Below, piece by piece: positions 44,366 to 49,466 of a DNA stretch of 49,466 nt. The position numbers and the translations under genes were made by a program. The first letter of the stretch is position 1; each line of letters begins with the position of its first letter. Source of the stretch: Patescibacteria group bacterium. GTDB lineage: Bacteria > Patescibacteriota > Saccharimonadia > UBA4664 > SCTI01. A model generated the notes under the pieces. The model had not been told where the DNA came from and did no database searches. It was given only the letters and a program-made list of their open reading frames with translations. Where the stretch lies: assembly GCA_004297735.1 (NCBI GenBank), contig SCTI01000001.1, positions 1-49,466 of the forward strand. The letters are read 5' to 3'.

Positions 44366-44786
44366 GATGCCTCTTTCTGCCGTAGCTAGAGGGGATCCAC
44401 CCTTGCACGATGAAAAACCACTGCGTCATTGCGGCAAAAGCCACAAGCAGGAAGCCAGTCGCTACCGGGCTTGAATCGCTAGTAAGCGTCAGGCTGGTTA
44501 TCGCTGTAGTGGCCAGCCATAGGTAAATCCAGCGCCAGTTCTCCTTCTGCGCCCCCATGCCTTCGGCAATGGCATGCAGAATGATGAAAATGGCTACAGA
44601 CAAGATCATGTCCATCACAAAAATGAACATGCTGGATGTGCTTGGCGGGTAGGCCGCTAGCGCATGAAGACCGCAGATTAACCCGATGGCGCTACCGATG
44701 ACCTGAATTGCTGCCAGCGGGTAGTTATCCCGGGTTCGCAAACCAATGGCAACCAGGGTATCCCAGATAGGGCGTCGATTATACAT
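44358..44786 (-). CDS. integral membrane protein (about 4 TM helices)
   Basis: 142 aa. It has its own promoter, TTGACG-17-TATAAC, on the minus strand (44862-44834). Confidence 0.55.
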   Translation of the reverse strand: MYNRRPIWDTLVAIGLRTRDNYPLAAIQVIGSAIGLICGLHALAAYPPSTSSMFIFVMDMILSVAIFIILHAIAEGMGAQKENWRWIYLWLATTAITSLTLTSDSSPVATGFLLVAFAAMTQWFFIVQGWIPSSYGRKRHRG

Positions 44787-44879
44787 GAGAGGTGCTCTCT
44801 TTCGAGTACGAGTAGACGAAAAACGCTAACGCAGTTATACGTAAAAATTAAACAAACGTCAATAAATGCCAAAGAGAAA

Positions 44880-44918
44880 GCGCTCAGGTTGAATGTCGTT
44901 GGTACGACGCCTGAGCGC
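44880..44918 (-). terminator. hairpin terminator for the 81-aa membrane gene
   Basis: GCGCTCAGG / CCTGAGCGC 9-bp stem with an inner GTCG/CGAC stem. On the minus strand a T-rich run follows (TTTCTCTTTGG). Confidence 0.55.
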
Positions 44919-44969
44919 GTGATTCCGTTCTTCTCTTTACTGCTTGTTCGGCCCCCGAGAGGGGGTCGG

Positions 44970-45215
44970 CTACCAGAATTTGACGGCCTTGTAGCCCGCG
45001 CCACAGGCTGCCACGAAGAGGGCAGCAGCTACGAGTGGCAAGGACAGGTTGGCGATCACGCTGACCACCATGTGGCTCAGCATGTCGCCGAGCCACACCA
45101 TGATGGCGTAGAAGATCCCGGTGAGGTAAAGCACCACGATGATGGTGCTGCTCACTGCAATCCGGCGCCAGGTGCCGAACATGAAGGTCCCGAGCTGCCT
45201 CAGGAGCAGGGGCAT
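44970..45215 (-). CDS. small GC-rich membrane protein (2-3 TM helices)
   Basis: 81 aa and hydrophobic (IIVVLYLTGIFYAIMVWLG, ANLSLPLVAAALFVAACGAG). GAAAGG lies upstream of the ATG. The overlapping + strand ORF translates to low-complexity His/Gly/Asp sequence. Confidence 0.5.
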   Translation of the reverse strand: MPLLLRQLGTFMFGTWRRIAVSSTIIVVLYLTGIFYAIMVWLGDMLSHMVVSVIANLSLPLVAAALFVAACGAGYKAVKFW

Positions 45216-45359
45216 GGCTTGCCTTTCGGTTGAGGGGTAGCTATGTAAAGTCTTGTGAAACGGAACTGCGTCTGGTCTGAGATCTCTCCCAAATCAGATA
45301 ATTACTACTATACCAAAATACTTACGTTTTGTCAATAGATGTGGTACAATAGCCAGGAT

Positions 45360-47327
45360 ATGGCAAAGTTTGAACTCTCCTCCAAGTACAAGCCAACCGG
45401 TGACCAGCCTCAGGCGATTGAGGCTCTGGTTAAGGGTCTGGATCGTGGCGACAAAGAGCAGACTTTGCTGGGTGTAACCGGCTCCGGTAAAACCTTTACG
45501 ATGGCTAATGTGGTGCAAAAGGTGCAAAAGCCGACCCTGGTGCTGTGCCACAACAAGACGCTGGCGGCGCAGCTGTACGGTGAGTTCCGTCAGTTCTTCC
45601 CCAATAACGCGGTGCAGTACTTTGTGAGCTACTACGACTACTATCAGCCGGAGGCCTACATTCCGCGGAGCGATACATATATCGAAAAAGACAGCTCAAT
45701 CAACGAGGAGATCGACCGCTTGCGTCACGCCGCCACCATGAGCTTGCTGACGCGCGAGGATGTGCTGATCGTGGCTTCGGTGAGCTGTATTTATGGCCTT
45801 GGCAACGTTGAGGATTACACCGCCATGACGGTCGACGTTAAGGTGGGCGAGGTGCGCAAGCGTGATAAGCTCCTACGGCTGCTAACCGATATTCAGTACA
45901 CTCGCAACGACACCGCCTTTACTCGCGGCACCTTTAGGGTGCGTGGCGACACGGTCGAGGTCTTCCCGGTGAGTGATGAGACGGCTTACCGGATTGAGTT
46001 TTTTGGCGACGAGGTGGAGCGGATCCGCCGGGTTGATCCGTTGACCGGTGAGGTGCTGACCGAGCCCAAGCAAATCAAGATCTTCCCGGGCAAGCACTTT
46101 GTAACCCCGCAGCAAAAGCTGCAGCACGCGATTGCGCGTATTAATGAGGAGCTGGCCGGTCGGGTGGCTGAACTAAAGGCTAACGGTCAGTTGCTAGAGG
46201 CCCAGCGCTTGGAGCAGCGGACACGTTACGACATGGAGATGCTGGAGCAGACCGGGTATGTTGCAGGTGTCGAAAACTACTCGCGCTACCTAACCAACCG
46301 TGAGCCTGGCGAGCAGCCGGCCACCCTGCTTGATTACTTCCCGGATGACTTTTTACTGTTTGTGGATGAAAGCCATATGACCATTCCACAGGTTCGCGGC
46401 ATGTTTAACGGCGATCGCGCCCGTAAGCAAACCTTGGTTGAGTACGGCTTTCGTTTGCCGAGCGCGCTCGATAACCGCCCGCTCAAGTTTGACGAGTTTG
46501 AGCGCCACGTAAACCAGGCGGTGTACGTCTCAGCTACTCCAGCCGACTGGGAGGTTGAGCGGTCCAGCCAAGTGGCCCGACAGGTGATTCGACCGACCGG
46601 CTTGCTGGACCCAGAGATTGAGGTGCGCCCGGTTGAACACCAGGTTGATGACCTAATTGCCGAAATTCGAGCGACCATTACCAAGGGCCAGCGGGTGTTG
46701 GTGACCACCCTAACCAAACGAATGGCCGAGGATCTGACCGAGTACCTGCAGGAGCTCAACATTAAGGTGACATACTTGCATTCAGAGGTGCACACGCTTG
46801 ATCGGGTCGATATTCTGCACGACCTACGTAAAGGTGTGTATGACGTCGTGGTCGGTATTAACCTGCTGCGTGAGGGTCTTGACCTGCCGGAAGTAAGTTT
46901 AGTAGCCATTCTCGATGCCGACAAAGAGGGCTTTTTGCGTAGCCAGTCGGCGTTGATTCAGACCATTGGTCGGGCCGCCCGTCACGTTGAAGGTCGAGTT
47001 ATTATGTATGCTGACAATATTACTAGGTCGATGAAGGTAGCAATTGATACTACCCAGGAGCGCCGCAAGATCCAAACCGCCTATAACGACAAACACGGTA
47101 TCACCCCAGCCGGTATTCAAAAGGCACTGTCGGAGCGGATGCAGGCCGAGGAGGCGGCGGAAACCGACGACATTAAGAAGTTCAACATTGATGATATACC
47201 CAAGGATGAGCGCAAGCATTTACTAAGTGAGCTTGAGAATCAGATGAAGCTGGCGGCCGAGAATCTGCAGTTTGAGAAGGCCGCTGCCTTGCGCGATCAG
47301 ATTGATGAGATCAAGGGCGCCGAGTGA
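45360..47327 (+). CDS. uvrB: excinuclease ABC subunit B
   Basis: Motifs [30 protein letters not shown] and DESH, helicase motifs, and a C-terminal UVR domain ([11 protein letters not shown]). An extended -10, TGGTACAAT at 45342-45350, lies 9 nt before the ATG. Confidence 0.95.
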   Translation: MAKFELSSKYKPTGDQPQAIEALVKGLDRGDKEQTLLGVTGSGKTFTMANVVQKVQKPTLVLCHNKTLAAQLYGEFRQFFPNNAVQYFVSYYDYYQPEAYIPRSDTYIEKDSSINEEIDRLRHAATMSLLTREDVLIVASVSCIYGLGNVEDYTAMTVDVKVGEVRKRDKLLRLLTDIQYTRNDTAFTRGTFRVRGDTVEVFPVSDETAYRIEFFGDEVERIRRVDPLTGEVLTEPKQIKIFPGKHFVTPQQKLQHAIARINEELAGRVAELKANGQLLEAQRLEQRTRYDMEMLEQTGYVAGVENYSRYLTNREPGEQPATLLDYFPDDFLLFVDESHMTIPQVRGMFNGDRARKQTLVEYGFRLPSALDNRPLKFDEFERHVNQAVYVSATPADWEVERSSQVARQVIRPTGLLDPEIEVRPVEHQVDDLIAEIRATITKGQRVLVTTLTKRMAEDLTEYLQELNIKVTYLHSEVHTLDRVDILHDLRKGVYDVVVGINLLREGLDLPEVSLVAILDADKEGFLRSQSALIQTIGRAARHVEGRVIMYADNITRSMKVAIDTTQERRKIQTAYNDKHGITPAGIQKALSERMQAEEAAETDDIKKFNIDDIPKDERKHLLSELENQMKLAAENLQFEKAAALRDQIDEIKGAE

Positions 47328-47338
47328 GGCAGTGGTCA

Positions 47339-47965
47339 CTATCGCCAGCGAGACCGGCGGTACTGCTTGGTGTTCGCCTGCGTGCGCCAGTACGGGTTGG
47401 GCTTTTCGACTCGTATCTTGTCGTATGAGATGCAGAGCCACCAAAAGCAGAGAAAAACGAAACAGAACCCCCTCATGAGCATTTCCTCGTAATTCCACGA
47501 TGCGAAGGCGAGGCTAGCGATGCCACAACCTAGCAGCATGAATACAAAGAACGGCATGACGAAAAGATCGTGATGGATCTTACTCGCCATCCAGGCCTCT
47601 TCGTCCTGCATGCGGTTTTCGGGTCGGTTACGCTCGCCTTCGCGAAACTGCCATCCGACGCTGAAGGCAAATAGCAGAATGACAATCTGTCCCCCAACCA
47701 GGGTCCATTCGCTCACCCTTACATCTAGGGTGTCAAAGGTGCTGACTAGACAGGCTACGGCGACCCCTAGGAATACCTCGCCGAAGTAGCCGAGCCAGTT
47801 GTCTTTGAGGCGCCAAGAGAAGTGGCGATCTTCGCCGAACTCGACCAAGATGAAAGTCCAGATGTGCGAGACCAGCAGGGAGCCTAGGAGGGCGCCCCAA
47901 AAGCCGTGGTCGAAGATCCAGCTGAGAAACGGGATCCAGATGTGGAGCTGTTCAGAGGGAGACAT
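47339..47965 (-). CDS. integral membrane protein (about 6 TM helices), rather GC-rich ORFan
   Basis: 208 aa and Trp/Phe-rich. It is convergent with uvrB, leaving a 12-nt gap. Confidence 0.55.
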   Translation of the reverse strand: MSPSEQLHIWIPFLSWIFDHGFWGALLGSLLVSHIWTFILVEFGEDRHFSWRLKDNWLGYFGEVFLGVAVACLVSTFDTLDVRVSEWTLVGGQIVILLFAFSVGWQFREGERNRPENRMQDEEAWMASKIHHDLFVMPFFVFMLLGCGIASLAFASWNYEEMLMRGFCFVFLCFWWLCISYDKIRVEKPNPYWRTQANTKQYRRSRWR

Positions 47966-48145
47966 GGTGTCATTCCAATCTGTCGAAGTTGTCGATGAAC
48001 TGCCTGCGCGGCATTATGCCATAATTTGTGCAAATTTACAATTGCGATGTGGTGGTAATAAGTTGGATGGGCGGCACTCTAGCCAAAACCGCTTTTTCTG
48101 TGTATAATCCTAACTTGATTTTATGCGGGGACAATTGGTTTGAGT

Positions 48146-49466
48146 ATGCAAGACAAGATCGTGGTACGGGGCGCACGTGAGCACAACCTCAAAGACATTA
48201 ATGTTGAGATTCCACGCGACAAACTAGTAGTTATTACGGGGCTGTCTGGCTCCGGTAAATCGTCGCTCGCCTTCGATACCATTTACGCCGAGGGACAGCG
48301 TCGGTATGTCGAAAGCCTCAGCGCTTACGCTCGTCAGTTCCTGGGCTTAATGGAAAAGCCCGACGTCGATCAAATCGACGGCCTCAGCCCGGCAATTTCA
48401 ATCGACCAAAAGTCGAGCAGCCGTAACCCTCGCTCAACCGTTGGTACGGTTACCGAGATTTACGATTACATGCGCCTGCTGTGGGCGCGCGTTGGTGTTC
48501 CGCACTGCCCAATTTGTGGTAAAGAAGTGGTGCGTCAGACCAGTGGCCAGATCGTGGAGCAGATCGTTAAGCTGCCCGAGGGTACTCGAATTATGGTCTT
48601 GGCCCCAGTGGTCGACGACAAAAAGGGTGAGCATCGTAATGTGGCTGCAGATCTTAAAAAGGCCGGCTTCTCACGTCTACGTGTGGACGGCCGCGTCATC
48701 GACATCGACGACTTCCCCGATCTCGACAAAAAGCGCAAGCACACCATCGAGGCGGTGGTGGACCGCATGGTGGTGGAGGACGAATCACGCCAGCGGATGA
48801 CCGACTCAGTAGAGCAGGCGCTGGCTTTGGCCGAAGGCATCGTTAACATCAATCAGCCCGATGAGGACAAAACCCAGAGCTTTAGCGAGCACTACGCCTG
48901 CCCGGTTCATCGCGAGGTTAGTCTGCCCGAGGTGGCACCACGAAACTTTTCGTTTAACTCGCCCCACGGGGCCTGTCCGCATTGTACCGGCCTTGGCACC
49001 AAGCTAGAGGTCGACCCTGAGCTGGTGATCCCTAATCGGCGCCTAACTCTGGCCGAAGGGGCAATTCGCCCATGGTCGCGCACCACCGCGCGGGTAACCT
49101 GGTATACCCGATTGCTTGAAGGCGTGGCCAAAGAGTTTGGTTTTTCGCTAGACGTACCGGTTAGTCAGATGAAGCCAGAGGATTTAAAGATTATTTTGTA
49201 CGGTGCCGGTGACCAGCCGCTAAAAATGCGCGGTCCGGGTGGACGAACCTACAACACTACCTACGAAGGCGTGATCCCTAATTTGGAGCGTCGTTATCAT
49301 GAGACCGACTCTGACTTTGTGCGGCGCGATATCGGCAAGTACATGGCCGAGCGTGAATGCCAGGTCTGCCACGGCAAGCGCCTCAAGCCCGAGATTTTAG
49401 CGGTCACCATTGCTGGCGAGTCGATTGTGGACGTAACCACTCGCTCGATTAATGATGCCGCCACTT
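48146..49466 (+). CDS. uvrA: excinuclease ABC subunit A (5' part only; it continues beyond the window)
   Basis: Not in the ORF track because no stop is reached. From ATG at 48146 my translation is [67 protein letters not shown]...[11 protein letters not shown]...CPICG. The frame stays open to base 49466. Confidence 0.95.
   Translation, partial: MQDKIVVRGAREHNLKDINVEIPRDKLVVITGLSGSGKSSLAFDTIYAEGQRRYVESLSAYARQFLGLMEKPDVDQIDGLSPAISIDQKSSSRNPRSTVGTVTEIYDYMRLLWARVGVPHCPICGKEVVRQTSGQIVEQIVKLPEGTRIMVLAPVVDDKKGEHRNVAADLKKAGFSRLRVDGRVIDIDDFPDLDKKRKHTIEAVVDRMVVEDESRQRMTDSVEQALALAEGIVNINQPDEDKTQSFSEHYACPVHREVSLPEVAPRNFSFNSPHGACPHCTGLGTKLEVDPELVIPNRRLTLAEGAIRPWSRTTARVTWYTRLLEGVAKEFGFSLDVPVSQMKPEDLKIILYGAGDQPLKMRGPGGRTYNTTYEGVIPNLERRYHETDSDFVRRDIGKYMAERECQVCHGKRLKPEILAVTIAGESIVDVTTRSINDAAT

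Noticed and set aside
44889-45233. A 114-aa + strand ORF, plus 44884-45096(-) and 44678-45004(-), in the GC-rich patch.
   Set aside because: The translations are low complexity (His/Gly/Asp/Pro or Arg/Ser-rich). The - strand frame 44970-45215 gives clean TM helices, has an SD-like GAAAGG and has its own terminator.
48014-48026. The perfect 13-bp palindrome ATTATG-C-CATAAT between the divergent membrane gene and uvrA, considered as an SOS/LexA operator.
   Set aside because: It matches none of the LexA consensus types I know (CTGT-N8-ACAG, CGAAC-N4-GTTCG, TCGAAC-N4-GTTCGA). I found no second copy upstream of uvrB at 45240-45359. A single AT-rich palindrome in a promoter region is weak evidence.

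Overview
This is a gene-dense, roughly 50% GC bacterial window. Its reduced, streamlined gene set looks like a CPR/Patescibacteria genome, most plausibly Saccharibacteria/TM7-like. That placement is inferred from gene content: rpsP-KH-trmD with no rimM, split transketolase, class I aldolase, a type IV pilin-like protein, an LPXTG protein and many leaderless starts.

Housekeeping genes I recognise:
- Replication, repair and translation: ruvX/yqgF, obg, leuS, DUF177-rpmF-nusB-Nudix-rnc, rpsP-KH-trmD, tgt, uvrB and uvrA (uvrA runs off the 3' edge).
- Cell envelope: mltG, a LysM-CHAP hydrolase, murF, and an SLT-like transglycosylase.
- Redox: sod, and glutaredoxin-like + trxB.
- Sugar phosphate metabolism: ppa, then a block of gap-rpiB-rpe-tktN-tktC-fba, followed by pfkB, an unknown gene and a LOG-like gene.

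RNA genes: tRNA-Ala(CGC), tRNA-Ala(GGC), tRNA-Gln(CUG), and one atypical tRNA-like gene.

A complete six-gene carotenoid cluster with C50-type gene content is present (crtEb, crtYf, crtYe / crtI, GGPP synthase, crtB).

The observations I rate highest:
1. An intact Nudix hydrolase domain is inserted in-frame in LeuRS.
2. A stand-alone tRNA-like gene has a perfect tRNA-Ala acceptor/T-arm but a non-canonical body, and is flanked by an 11-nt direct repeat.
3. A roughly 200-nt structured leader with mutually exclusive hairpins lies upstream of the LysM-CHAP hydrolase.
4. The C50-type carotenoid cluster sits in an otherwise minimal genome.
5. Several visibly GC-rich ORFan patches and tRNA-flanking islets carry no recognisable recombinase.

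I found no rRNA, CRISPR array, transposase or integrase. All calls come from reading the sequence and ORF translations by eye. No database search was run.
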